A DNA stretch of 40,265 nucleotides. Source: Pseudanabaena sp. Lineage in GTDB: Bacteria > Cyanobacteriota > Cyanobacteriia > Pseudanabaenales > Pseudanabaenaceae. Below are positions 1 through 9,063 of the stretch, piece by piece (position 1 is the first letter of the stretch; each line of letters begins with the position of its first letter). Under the pieces are notes generated by a model. That model had not been told where the DNA came from. It did no database searches and saw nothing but the letters and a program-made list of their open reading frames with translations. Where the stretch lies: the NCBI GenBank assembly GCA_043755885.1, contig JAYUSC010000582.1, positions 1-40,265 of the forward strand. The letters are read 5' to 3'. A program made the position numbers and the translations under genes.

Positions 1-117
1 GCCACACAAAAATTGCTTCTTAAATTTACGTAGTGTTGCAAAAGACATAATTTTTCGTAGTAATCCGATTATAATTCAGAAGCAAACATGGTTAGCCCCT
101 TTACATAGGTAATTAAA

Positions 118-378
118 ATGAGCGAAGAACAAAATTCAGGACTTGGCGGATTTGTAAGCGGCTTACAGCAAAAGGCTGGAGAAGTAGCTGAAGGACTTAA
201 AGAAAAGGCTGAAGGAGCTATCGGCGAAGAAAACGTCAAGAAAGTTTCTGATGTTCTAAATACAGATGTTGGTGCTATGGCTAAGGATTCTGCTGGCAAG
301 GCAGTTGATGCGCTAGAAAATCTGACTGGTCGCGACATTGACGGCGATGGCGATGTTGGTGGTAAGCCACAAGCTTAG
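118..378 (+). CDS. Small acidic hypothetical protein (86 aa), helical, ending in a DIDGDGD motif
   Basis: ATG start and followed directly by a strong hairpin. Lys/Glu/Ala-rich helix resembling stress/CsbD-type small proteins; DxDxDG motif at the C-terminus. Confidence 0.75.
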   Translation: MSEEQNSGLGGFVSGLQQKAGEVAEGLKEKAEGAIGEENVKKVSDVLNTDVGAMAKDSAGKAVDALENLTGRDIDGDGDVGGKPQA

Positions 379-397
379 TAACGTATAAGTCTTTACT

Positions 398-439
398 AAT
401 ACTAATAAAGACGGCATAAATGCCGTCTTTATTAGTATT
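398..439. terminator. Probable bidirectional terminator (perfect 20-bp inverted repeat)
   Basis: aatactaataaagacggcat-aa-atgccgtctttattagtatt lies between the convergent stops at 378 and 440. Confidence 0.85.
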
Positions 440-2089
440 TCACCAAATCACAGCATAGTGCGATCGCGCTATGCGTAATGCATCAGTTGCTCTCTGTGAC
501 TCGATCGCTACCTGCGATAAGCAAGCATAGATTAACACGACATAATTCGCCCTGATCGCCAATTCGAGTTGACGACATTGATATGAAAGTGTCAGTGCGC
601 CGATATAGTCGCTACTTGAGCGTAATGTATTTAAGGCTTGGAATAGTCTTGCTCGATCATCGACAGCCAAAGCCCTGTCGATAGATTGGACTAGATGAGG
701 TGTCTCTTCTAAATAGGAGTCAATCACATTTAACAAAAATTCAGTTGCTTTAAGATCATTACCTGCGACCTCCAAAATCGTTTCCATAAACTGCGGCTCG
801 ATTGCAGGCTCTTCATCTTCTTCAGCGATTATCTGTTGCTCAGCTTCTTGTGATTCTAGATCTTCAGTCTCAGATGATTCTAATAGAGATGTCTCTTCTA
901 GATCCATCTCCCCCTCGGCTACAGTACTTTCTTCTGGTTCACTTTCTTCTGGTTCTGATGCAATATCTGAAATCACTTTAAGATTATCAGGCATAATCAC
1001 ATAGGAGATGTCATCTCGCGTGAAATTTATCGCTGGCTCATCTAGTGGATCTGTCTCATCTGACTCCATCCCCTCATCTTCGTCTGAAATGGGAGATATA
1101 GAATCAGCAACTAAAAAGAGTCGAGGTAATCCATTCTGAGAGATTGAGTCATCTTCAAAGTTATTAACTTCTTCGGTGTTGCTAACTATTGATTCTAATT
1201 CATTCTCCTCCACATCTGGATCTTTCTCGTCCTGACTGACCTCTAAATCATTAGATCCTAACTCTTTACTTAAAAAATTATTTTCCTTCTCTTCAACAAC
1301 ATTGGTTGACTGAGCATCTTTTTCGACGAGTTTCGCAACTGTTTGTTGTAAATCGTCTAATTCAATTTTTACAGTCTGCAAATCATCAGTTAGCTCTTGG
1401 GATTGTTGGCGCAAATTAATTAGAGAGATGGCAATCCCAACTTGAGCGGCAATCAGTGATAAAGAAGTGCGATCGCTCTCTGACCAACTATGATAAGCGC
1501 CACCATCAAAAGCCACCAGAGTCCCCCAAACATCTTGTCCTGCATAGATCTTATTGGCGGCATATGATGAAATGCCAATCTGCTCAAGCAGTGTCACGAT
1601 ATGCGACGAAAGACTAGATGTGCGAATACTGTCAATGGTCTGTGCCGCATGTTCTGGCTCGGTAGACTCGATCATGTGCCGCGCCAGTGACAACTGTCTT
1701 TCGGGCATATCGGCTAGAGATGTCAACCCTGCTGCGATCGCATCGGTGGCAAACTCACCCCGTCCATCAGGATGACCGCGAAAAATAGCGACGCGATCGA
1801 CTTGCAATAATTGCTGGGCTACTTGTACAGCTATTTGCAAAACCATCCCTAAAGATGGCAATCGCTGAATCGCATCAGCAAGCTTGGCAAGTGCTTTTTC
1901 TCTAGCAATAATATTGCTAAAAATATCCGTCTGTGGATCTGATGACTGTGCCAATACCAGTTTTTCATAACGCTCTTCCCAGCTAATTTGATGGACGCGC
2001 TCTTGCTGCACCAAAATAGCTTTGAGGTGTTCATAGGCGGCGCGATCGCGGCATAGGTGACGGACTTGATCTAAGAGGGTAGAATCCAT
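440..2089 (-). CDS. GAF domain + long acidic linker + Hpt-like domain lacking the phosphoacceptor His
   Basis: GAF motifs QQLLQVDRVAIFR...WGTLVA...W...LSLIAAQVGIAI. E/D/S-rich linker. C-terminal ALNTLRSSSDYIGALTLSYQCRQLE fits the Hpt pattern AHxLKSSSxxxGAxxLxxxCxxLE except His->Asn and Lys->Arg. Confidence 0.8.
   Translation of the reverse strand: MDSTLLDQVRHLCRDRAAYEHLKAILVQQERVHQISWEERYEKLVLAQSSDPQTDIFSNIIAREKALAKLADAIQRLPSLGMVLQIAVQVAQQLLQVDRVAIFRGHPDGRGEFATDAIAAGLTSLADMPERQLSLARHMIESTEPEHAAQTIDSIRTSSLSSHIVTLLEQIGISSYAANKIYAGQDVWGTLVAFDGGAYHSWSESDRTSLSLIAAQVGIAISLINLRQQSQELTDDLQTVKIELDDLQQTVAKLVEKDAQSTNVVEEKENNFLSKELGSNDLEVSQDEKDPDVEENELESIVSNTEEVNNFEDDSISQNGLPRLFLVADSISPISDEDEGMESDETDPLDEPAINFTRDDISYVIMPDNLKVISDIASEPEESEPEESTVAEGEMDLEETSLLESSETEDLESQEAEQQIIAEEDEEPAIEPQFMETILEVAGNDLKATEFLLNVIDSYLEETPHLVQSIDRALAVDDRARLFQALNTLRSSSDYIGALTLSYQCRQLELAIRANYVVLIYACLSQVAIESQRATDALRIARSHYAVIW
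926..955. repeat. 15-bp tandem duplication encoding EPEES x2
   Basis: actttcttctggttc at 926-940 and 941-955, in the acidic linker. Confidence 0.8.
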
Positions 2090-2314
2090 GGGTAAGAGCG
2101 ACTATCACTGAATATGTTCTAGCGTTGCTCAGATAGGTGGTTAATCTATCTAGACCATGAATTTTAGCGGACTTGTTTTAGCGATCGCATGAGACACAAG
2201 GCGTAACTTTGGGCGCAACTTTTGTTTTTACAGTAAGGTTTTGCCATATGAACGCTCATGCTAAAAACAAGTTAAAATCGTTATTTGTAGATAAACCAAA
2301 GTAAGTTAAAAAAT

Positions 2315-2941
2315 ATGGCTCGCTATACCCTTGCCCAAAGTCCTGAAGTTATTTTGACCGTTGCTGGCAAAGATTCGCCAAAAACACGGGAAAAGGCGAT
2401 GGTTGAGCTAATGGAACTAATGGACTCAGGCAAACTTGATACTGATCTTGCCGATGGCTTTAGTCCCGACCAATTTATCGAAGTGAGAGAAATTTCCATG
2501 TCCGAAGATCGTGAAGATCCCATCACTCAAGCCGTACAAGTCCTAAACAACCTCGCGACCTTAAAAATCAAAGTCCAAGAGTTACGCTCTGACGCAATGC
2601 AAGTGCGATCGCAGATTGACATTTTGTTTACCGATGAGATTGTCTCTGAGGAGCAAATTAACAGTATTAAGGAAGGTTTTAAAATCCTCAAGAGTTTTGC
2701 TCAACTTAATATGAAATTTCTCGATGCGCGATCGCAAGCTGAAAATGCGCGTCAAGTTCTTGATGAAGCGCTCAAATCTCCCAACTCAGAAGTTAAGGCT
2801 CCTGTCGAGATTGTAGCTGATAGTTCTAGCTCTTCCCCTTTGAAAGTTGATCCTGATGCAGCCGCTGACACCGAAACTGTAACCACAATTGAGGATGCGA
2901 TCGTGGAAGTTCCTGTGAGCAAATCCACCAAGAAAAAATAA
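2315..2941 (+). CDS. Hypothetical cyanobacterial coiled-coil protein (208 aa)
   Basis: ATG-started ORF with a helical core and low-complexity tail, two HIP1 sites, followed by a terminator. Confidence 0.8.
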   Translation: MARYTLAQSPEVILTVAGKDSPKTREKAMVELMELMDSGKLDTDLADGFSPDQFIEVREISMSEDREDPITQAVQVLNNLATLKIKVQELRSDAMQVRSQIDILFTDEIVSEEQINSIKEGFKILKSFAQLNMKFLDARSQAENARQVLDEALKSPNSEVKAPVEIVADSSSSSPLKVDPDAAADTETVTTIEDAIVEVPVSKSTKKK

Positions 2942-2944
2942 TTT

Positions 2945-2997
2945 ACAGCGCCATGCGCTGTGGTCTCAAAAAAGGCGGCGCTGTGCGCCGCCTTTTT
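2945..2997 (+). terminator. Two hairpins; the second is a rho-independent terminator
   Basis: acagcgc-cat-gcgctgt (2945-2961), then aaaaaggcggcgc-tgt-gcgccgccttttt (2969-2997), just after the stop at 2941. Confidence 0.8.
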
Positions 2998-3145
2998 AAG
3001 ATCCGTAAGGTTAAAATGAGATCACCACTACTTCTGAAAATTATGGTTGCTTTACCCAATCGCTTATTAATGACTTGCGATGAATATGTCGCTTAACTTT
3101 TCTAAAATATGATTGAATGTAAAAAGTCTTTTTTTGTTGATTTCT

Positions 3146-4420
3146 TTGAAAAGTTTACTAATTAGCACCTTTGATATTCGAGGTGGAGCTGCAAGGGCAG
3201 CCTACCGATTACATAAAGGACTACGGATGGTCGGTATCGATTCCACAATGCTAGTTCAGGAAAAATATGGTGACGACTGGACAGTAATAGCACCAAAAAC
3301 TCGCATTCAAATGGGGATATCGAAAACTAGGGCAACGATTGATGCATTGCCTTTACGCCTTTATCGTCAATTTGAAAATCATGGTCGATTTTTCCCCCAA
3401 TGGCTGCCCGATTCTCTTCCCCGTCAAGTTCAGCAGCTCAAACCAGATATTATTAGCCTGCATTGGATTTCAGGTGGATTTGTTCAGGTAGAAACTTTAG
3501 CTAAATTCAAGCAACCTCTTGTATGGACATTGCATGATATGTGGGGTTTTACAGGGGGATGTCACTCTAGCCAAGAATGCGATCGCTATACTACAAATTG
3601 TGGTCGTTGTCCTCAACTCCATAGCAACCAAGAGAAAGATCTATCTCGATGGGTTTGGGAGCGCAAAGCTAAAGCTTGGAAGTCTCTGGATTTAACAATT
3701 GTTACTCCGAGTAAGTGGTTAGCTGATGTCGCGCGAAAAAGTTCGCTTTTAAGTGATTACCCTATCCATGTAATCCCTCATGGACTAGACATTAAATCAT
3801 ATAGACCATTAGAATCTAAACTAGCTAGAGATTTACTGAACTTACCTCAAGATAAGTATCTAATTCTATTTGGTGCTATGCGAGCGACTAGCGATTTCAA
3901 TAAAGGTTGGCAGTTTCTTCAGCCAACTTTACAGCGATTAAAGCAGTCGGGATGGCAAGATAAAGTTGAAGTCGTGATCTTTGGGGCATCTACTCCAGAA
4001 GTACCGATAGATATGGGGTTTCCCTGCCACTACTTAGGAGAATTGCACGATGATTTAACCTTAGCTGTAATGTATGCTGCTGCCGATGTGACTCTTGTTC
4101 CCTCAAAACAAGAATCGTTTGGACAGACAGCATCTGAATCTCTTGCTTGTGGCACACCTGTTGTCGCCTTTGGCGTAACTGGACTGCTTGATATTGTTAC
4201 ACATCAATCAAATGGATATCTTGCTATTCCATTTGATTGTGAGGATTTAGCTAATGGGATTAACTGGGTTTTGACAGATCCACATAGACATCAAAATTTA
4301 CGAGTTACAGCTCGAAAAAAAGCGGAGCAAGCGTTTGATCAATTGCTTCAGGCTGAACGCTATCAAGAATTATTTCATCAGATTTTGAATTTGCCAAACT
4401 CGATTGATCATGGTTGCTAA
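3146..4420 (+). CDS. Glycosyltransferase family 4 (WcaC-like)
   Basis: GGAARAAYRLH, WTLHDMWGFTGGCH and ESFGQTASE (Ex7E) motifs. Start TTG 3146 preferred over 3113 but uncertain. Confidence 0.9.
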   Translation: MKSLLISTFDIRGGAARAAYRLHKGLRMVGIDSTMLVQEKYGDDWTVIAPKTRIQMGISKTRATIDALPLRLYRQFENHGRFFPQWLPDSLPRQVQQLKPDIISLHWISGGFVQVETLAKFKQPLVWTLHDMWGFTGGCHSSQECDRYTTNCGRCPQLHSNQEKDLSRWVWERKAKAWKSLDLTIVTPSKWLADVARKSSLLSDYPIHVIPHGLDIKSYRPLESKLARDLLNLPQDKYLILFGAMRATSDFNKGWQFLQPTLQRLKQSGWQDKVEVVIFGASTPEVPIDMGFPCHYLGELHDDLTLAVMYAAADVTLVPSKQESFGQTASESLACGTPVVAFGVTGLLDIVTHQSNGYLAIPFDCEDLANGINWVLTDPHRHQNLRVTARKKAEQAFDQLLQAERYQELFHQILNLPNSIDHGC

Positions 4421-5288
4421 AAATATTTCTGATCTTCCAAAAGTTATAGCCGTGATCCCTACACGCGATCGCAAAGACAAGTTATTTCGTTTTTTAGAGA
4501 AATTTTCACTCCAAACTTATCCTAATCTGCAAATTATAGTTATAGACTCTAATTCTACTGATGGGACAAAAGAGGATCTCATCCATCTTTTTCCACAAGT
4601 AAATCTAATTTGTGTAAGCGATCGCCAATATTGGACTGGCGCAACCAACGCAGGCGTAAAATCTGCGCTGCAAAATAGTTGTGAATATATTTTGACAATT
4701 AACGACGATTCGATTGTTGAGCTAAATTATGTAGAGAGAATGGTAGAGATCTGTCAAAACCATGAAGTCTTGATGTTAGGAAGCTGTATAAATTACCTCT
4801 CAAATTCCAAATTAGTCTGGTCTCTTGGGACTTCTAACCATTGGGGAACTGCTAATTTTTTGAACCTCAACTATCACAATACTGAGTTAGATAATCTGCC
4901 AAAAAGCATCAAAAACATGGAACTTATCCAAGTAGATTGCTTAGCAGGAAATGGCGTTTTGATACATCGAAAGGTGTTTGAAAAAATTGGGCTATACAAT
5001 GAAACTTTTCTACCGCACTATCATGCCGATTCAGAAATAGCTATTCGCGCTACCAATAAAGGAATTCAAGTTTTTGTCAGTCCATCCATCGTCCTACTCA
5101 ATGATTTTCACCCAGAGCAAAAGCAACTAAACCTTAAAGAACCGAGAGGGCTAATCTATGCGTTATTCCATAAGAAATCTCATTTATTTATATTGCCGCT
5201 GATTTATATTTTTGTGATGTACTGCCCAAACAATAAAAAATTATTAACTTTTTGGAAATTACTGAATCGATTTATAAACAAGGTTTAG
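4410..5288 (+). CDS. Glycosyltransferase family 2
   Basis: VIPTRDR, IDSNSTDGT, INDD (DxD-like) and GNGVLIHRKVFEKIGLY motifs. The ATG at 4410 overlaps the upstream gene end. Confidence 0.88.
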   Translation: MVAKNISDLPKVIAVIPTRDRKDKLFRFLEKFSLQTYPNLQIIVIDSNSTDGTKEDLIHLFPQVNLICVSDRQYWTGATNAGVKSALQNSCEYILTINDDSIVELNYVERMVEICQNHEVLMLGSCINYLSNSKLVWSLGTSNHWGTANFLNLNYHNTELDNLPKSIKNMELIQVDCLAGNGVLIHRKVFEKIGLYNETFLPHYHADSEIAIRATNKGIQVFVSPSIVLLNDFHPEQKQLNLKEPRGLIYALFHKKSHLFILPLIYIFVMYCPNNKKLLTFWKLLNRFINKV

Positions 5289-6405
5289 ACCAAACGACGC
5301 GGTTGATATAATCAACGTAGCTCAACACAATACGCACAACTTGTTTAGATACTTCGTGGTTACCATAATCAGTCACAGCTAGAATTGGCTTTGTTGATTC
5401 GGAAAATTGGGTAGTTACCAGATTGACAGCATCTAGAACGCGATCGCGTTTTAGACCACTCATAACCAATACGCCAGCATCCATTCCCTCAGGACGCTCA
5501 TGGGCATTCCGAATCGTGACTGCTGGCAAATTAAGTAAGGCAGCTTCTTCTGTAATCGTACCACTGTCAGAAAGAACACAAAATGCCTGCATTTGTAACT
5601 GGATATAGTCGAGAAACCCAAAGGGATTACTAAAAACAATTTTGTCGCTCAAAGCTATATTTTTAATGTTTTCTAAGCGCTTTCGAGTACGAGGATGAGT
5701 GGAAACAATTACAGGTAATTCATATTCCGTAACCAAGGCATTTAAGGTGTCTAGAAAATCAGCTAAAACACTAGGCGAATCAACATTTTCTTCGCGATGG
5801 GCGCTGATCAAGAAGTATTTACGAGGCTCCAGTCCCAACCGAGTCAATATATCAGACTGACTAATTTTGGGTAAATAATAATCAAGTACCTCTGGCATAT
5901 GGGAGCCAGTTTTAAAGATCATATCAGGACGAATTCCCTCAGCCAAAAGATATCGCCGTGCGTGTTCTGTAAGAACCATATTTACATCTGAGAGATGATC
6001 GAGAACTTTTCTGTTTAGCTCCTCTGGGACTCTCTGATCAAAACAACGATTTCCTGCCTCCATGTGAAAGACAGGAATTTTTCTGCGTTTAGCCGATAAA
6101 ACTGCTAAGCAAGAATTAGTATCTCCATAGAGCATCACGGCTTCAGGTGATTCTTTCTCCAAAACCTCGTCAGATTTAGCAACTACTTGGGCAATAGTTT
6201 GTGCAGCATTAGCACCAGCAGCTTCCAAAAAATAATCGGGCTTACGAATTTCTAAATCATCAAAAAAAATCTGATTTAGTTCATAATCATAATTTTGCCC
6301 AGTATGCACTAAAACATGGTTAGTGTATTTATCCAATTCAGCAATAACTCGGCTCATTTTGATTAGTTCTGGTCGAGTACCAACGATAGTCATCACCTTA
6401 AGCAT
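5272..6405 (-). CDS. UDP-N-acetylhexosamine 2-epimerase, non-hydrolysing (WbjD/FnlC/QnlB type)
   Basis: IVGTRPE, HTGQNYD, GDTNS, HMEAGNRCFD, PEELNR and SDSGTITEE motifs. ATG 6405 overlaps the upstream gene end. Confidence 0.93.
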   Translation of the reverse strand: MLKVMTIVGTRPELIKMSRVIAELDKYTNHVLVHTGQNYDYELNQIFFDDLEIRKPDYFLEAAGANAAQTIAQVVAKSDEVLEKESPEAVMLYGDTNSCLAVLSAKRRKIPVFHMEAGNRCFDQRVPEELNRKVLDHLSDVNMVLTEHARRYLLAEGIRPDMIFKTGSHMPEVLDYYLPKISQSDILTRLGLEPRKYFLISAHREENVDSPSVLADFLDTLNALVTEYELPVIVSTHPRTRKRLENIKNIALSDKIVFSNPFGFLDYIQLQMQAFCVLSDSGTITEEAALLNLPAVTIRNAHERPEGMDAGVLVMSGLKRDRVLDAVNLVTTQFSESTKPILAVTDYGNHEVSKQVVRIVLSYVDYINRVVWSKPCL

Positions 6406-7408
6406 TGAGTTGCTCCTGAATAAAATCAAGTTTCAATAGTAGTTGTTTAACTCCTTCAACTTCAAGGCGATCGGTATTATGGGATGTATAGTCAGATAGC
6501 TTTGCGATCGCTGCTTCCCCCTCTGTAAAGTACAGATTGTAATTAAGATCGCGATTGTCTGCTGGAATTCGGAAATAATTGCCTACATCTTCAGCCTTTG
6601 CCATCTCTTCACGAGAGACCAAAGACTCATACAACTTTTCACCATGCCGAGTACCAATAATGCGAATTGCGCTATTACCTTGAAATACCTCTTTTAAAGC
6701 TTGAGCTAGCACCTCTACAGTAGAAGCTGGAGACTTTTGCACAAAAATATCGCCCTGTTGTCCATGGGTAAAAGCATAAAGTACCAGATCAACAGAATCA
6801 TCCAGTGACATCAAGAAGCGAGTCATTGATGGATCGGTGATAGTGATTTCTTTCCCCTGCTTTAACTGACTCACAAAAAGAGGAATTACGGAACCGCGAG
6901 AAGCCATAACATTGCCATAGCGTGTAGCACAAAGAACTGTTTCGCCTTCTTCAAGACTCCTTGCTTTGGCAACTATTAACTTTTCCATCATGGCTTTTGA
7001 TAGCCCCATTGCATTGATAGGATATACAGCCTTATCAGTGCTCAAAGCCACTACCCGTTCTACCCGATTTGCAATGGCGGCGTTAATAACATTCTCCGCA
7101 CCCAATACATTAGTGCGTATAGCTTCCATTGGATAAAACTCACAAGAGGGGACTTGTTTTAATGCTGCCGCGTGAAAAACATAATTTACTCCCTTCATTG
7201 CATCTTGGACACTATCATAGTTTCTCACATCACCAAGATGAAACTTTAACTTGGAATTGCAGAAGGCAAGGCGCATATCTTCCTGTTTTTTCTCGTCTCG
7301 ACTGAAAATCCGAATTTCTCGGACATCAGTTTCTAAAAACTGTTTCAGGACGGCATGACCGAAAGAACCAGTCCCACCAGTAATCATTAGTACTTTATCT
7401 TTAAACAT
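6398..7408 (-). CDS. fnlA: UDP-GlcNAc 4,6-dehydratase/5-epimerase (FnlA/WbjB/CapE)
   Basis: TGGTGSFG, SRDEKKQEDMR, HAAALKQVPSCEFYP, STDKAVYPINAMG, RYGNVMASRGSV and DYTSHNT motifs. Confidence 0.93.
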   Translation of the reverse strand: MFKDKVLMITGGTGSFGHAVLKQFLETDVREIRIFSRDEKKQEDMRLAFCNSKLKFHLGDVRNYDSVQDAMKGVNYVFHAAALKQVPSCEFYPMEAIRTNVLGAENVINAAIANRVERVVALSTDKAVYPINAMGLSKAMMEKLIVAKARSLEEGETVLCATRYGNVMASRGSVIPLFVSQLKQGKEITITDPSMTRFLMSLDDSVDLVLYAFTHGQQGDIFVQKSPASTVEVLAQALKEVFQGNSAIRIIGTRHGEKLYESLVSREEMAKAEDVGNYFRIPADNRDLNYNLYFTEGEAAIAKLSDYTSHNTDRLEVEGVKQLLLKLDFIQEQLNA

Positions 7409-7430
7409 ATTATTTTGGGGTTTTAATCAA

Positions 7431-8288
7431 TTACTTAAACTCATGCATTCGTGTTATTAACTCATGCCATTCTGGAGCTACATAACCTGTCATCTCATAA
7501 AACTTCTGAGAATTTAGAGAGCGATCAATTTTAAAACTATCATCAGGAAAAATTTCTATTTTCTTGTTATAGATCTGAGCTACTAGATTTAGTAGCGAGT
7601 ATTTATCAATTGGCTTTGCAGCTATATGATATAAACCATGCAATTTCGGACAAGGCAAAACAAAGTCATGAATAATTCTTGCTAACTCAACTGTTGGAAG
7701 TCCTGAAAATATAGCACGTGTAAATCCCTTAACCGAATTTTTCTGCGAAAGAAACCAACCAATAAGACTGCGATTTCCAGAAAGTTCATGTCCAATGATT
7801 GAGGTGCGAAGTGTGACAGCATGTGGGTAATCAACTTCACCTAAAAGCTTAGAACGACCATATAGATCTTTTGCATCAGGGAAGTCTGACTCCATATAGT
7901 TACCCTTGTCGCCAGAGAAAACACAATCGGTACTGATATGGATTAAACGAGCATTCACGAGAGCGCAAAGATCAGCAAGTCGGTGGGGCAGTAAAGTGTT
8001 GATCGGTATCGCCAAAAGGGGATTGTTTGCATCAGCGAGTTGCTTTACTAAACCAACACAATTTATTACTATTTGTGGGCGGACTTTTGTAAATACTCTA
8101 ATCAGTGATTCATAGTTTTCTACATCTACTCCTGTAATAATATACTTGGAATTTACACCGTCAAAAAGATGAGATGCTTTGTCATTCCTTGAAGTACCAA
8201 CTACATCATAACCAACATTGCTATTTAAGAAGGTTCGGAACATTGCGTTACCTAACATTCCAGTAGCACCTAAAACTAACACTTTCAT
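7431..8288 (-). CDS. RmlD-like NDP-4-keto-6-deoxyhexose reductase (QnlA/WbvR type)
   Basis: GATGMLG, HISTDCVFSG and YGRSK motifs. 285 aa, with no C-terminal cupin domain. Confidence 0.88.
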   Translation of the reverse strand: MKVLVLGATGMLGNAMFRTFLNSNVGYDVVGTSRNDKASHLFDGVNSKYIITGVDVENYESLIRVFTKVRPQIVINCVGLVKQLADANNPLLAIPINTLLPHRLADLCALVNARLIHISTDCVFSGDKGNYMESDFPDAKDLYGRSKLLGEVDYPHAVTLRTSIIGHELSGNRSLIGWFLSQKNSVKGFTRAIFSGLPTVELARIIHDFVLPCPKLHGLYHIAAKPIDKYSLLNLVAQIYNKKIEIFPDDSFKIDRSLNSQKFYEMTGYVAPEWHELITRMHEFK

Positions 8289-8303
8289 ATTTTAACTAAG
8301 TAC

Positions 8304-8983
8304 TCATATAAAAACATCTATTATAGGTTTACCTGCCAAGATGGCTTTAGTAAAGAGTATTGGAGCCATGTCTGATCTGCTCCAAGAAATGTAAATAACC
8401 GTAGACACGCGATTGGTATTCTATATAAATGACTATAAGAATGAGCCATTAACTCGTTTGCTTTCTTGGTTGCTGCGTAGAGACTGATAGGGTGATCTAC
8501 ATTGTCATGAACTGAAAAAGGGGTTTTGGTATTTGCCCCATATACAGAACTAGAAGAAGCACATACTAGATGCCCTACTTTTGATTGACGACAGCCCTCC
8601 AATATATTCATAAATCCAACCAGATTACTGTCTACATATGCATATGGGTTTTTGAGAGAGTAGCGGACACCTAGGTGAGCTGCTAAGTTGACAACTACGT
8701 TAAAACTATGCTCATCAAATAGCTTGTCTATGCCGTGTTTATCTTCTAAATTTAGTTGATAAAAACTGAAATTCTGATATTTTTTTAGTTGTACTAGACG
8801 GTCATTTTTGAGATTTACATCATAGTAATCATTTAAATTATCTATTCCAATAACTTTGTATTTTTTGGACAACAAATACTGACTAAGGTGAAATCCAATA
8901 AAACCAGCTGCGCCAGTGATTAAAATATGATCTCCATCGTTCAAAATGTTGTCAATATTTTTACGATTGTTCATTAATTGCAT
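8304..8983 (-). pseudogene. Frameshifted, truncated UDP-glucuronate 4-epimerase-like gene
   Basis: TGAAGFIG, SSSSVYG and YAATK are present. After RLFT the family sequence continues in another frame (WSRSDMAPILFTKAILAGKPIIDVFI*), then ends about 16 bp before the next gene. Confidence 0.88.
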
Positions 8984-9010
8984 ACCTGAAATAAATTTTG
9001 TACATTAATC

Positions 9011-9050
9011 TATTGAATAAACAAGAAATAATTTTCTTGTTTATTCAATA
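9011..9050. terminator. Perfect 18-bp AT-rich inverted repeat inside the cluster
   Basis: tattgaataaacaagaaa-taat-tttcttgtttattcaata, 13 bp after the stop of the GT ending at 9064. Confidence 0.65.
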
Positions 9051-9063
9051 CTGTTGCCAATCT

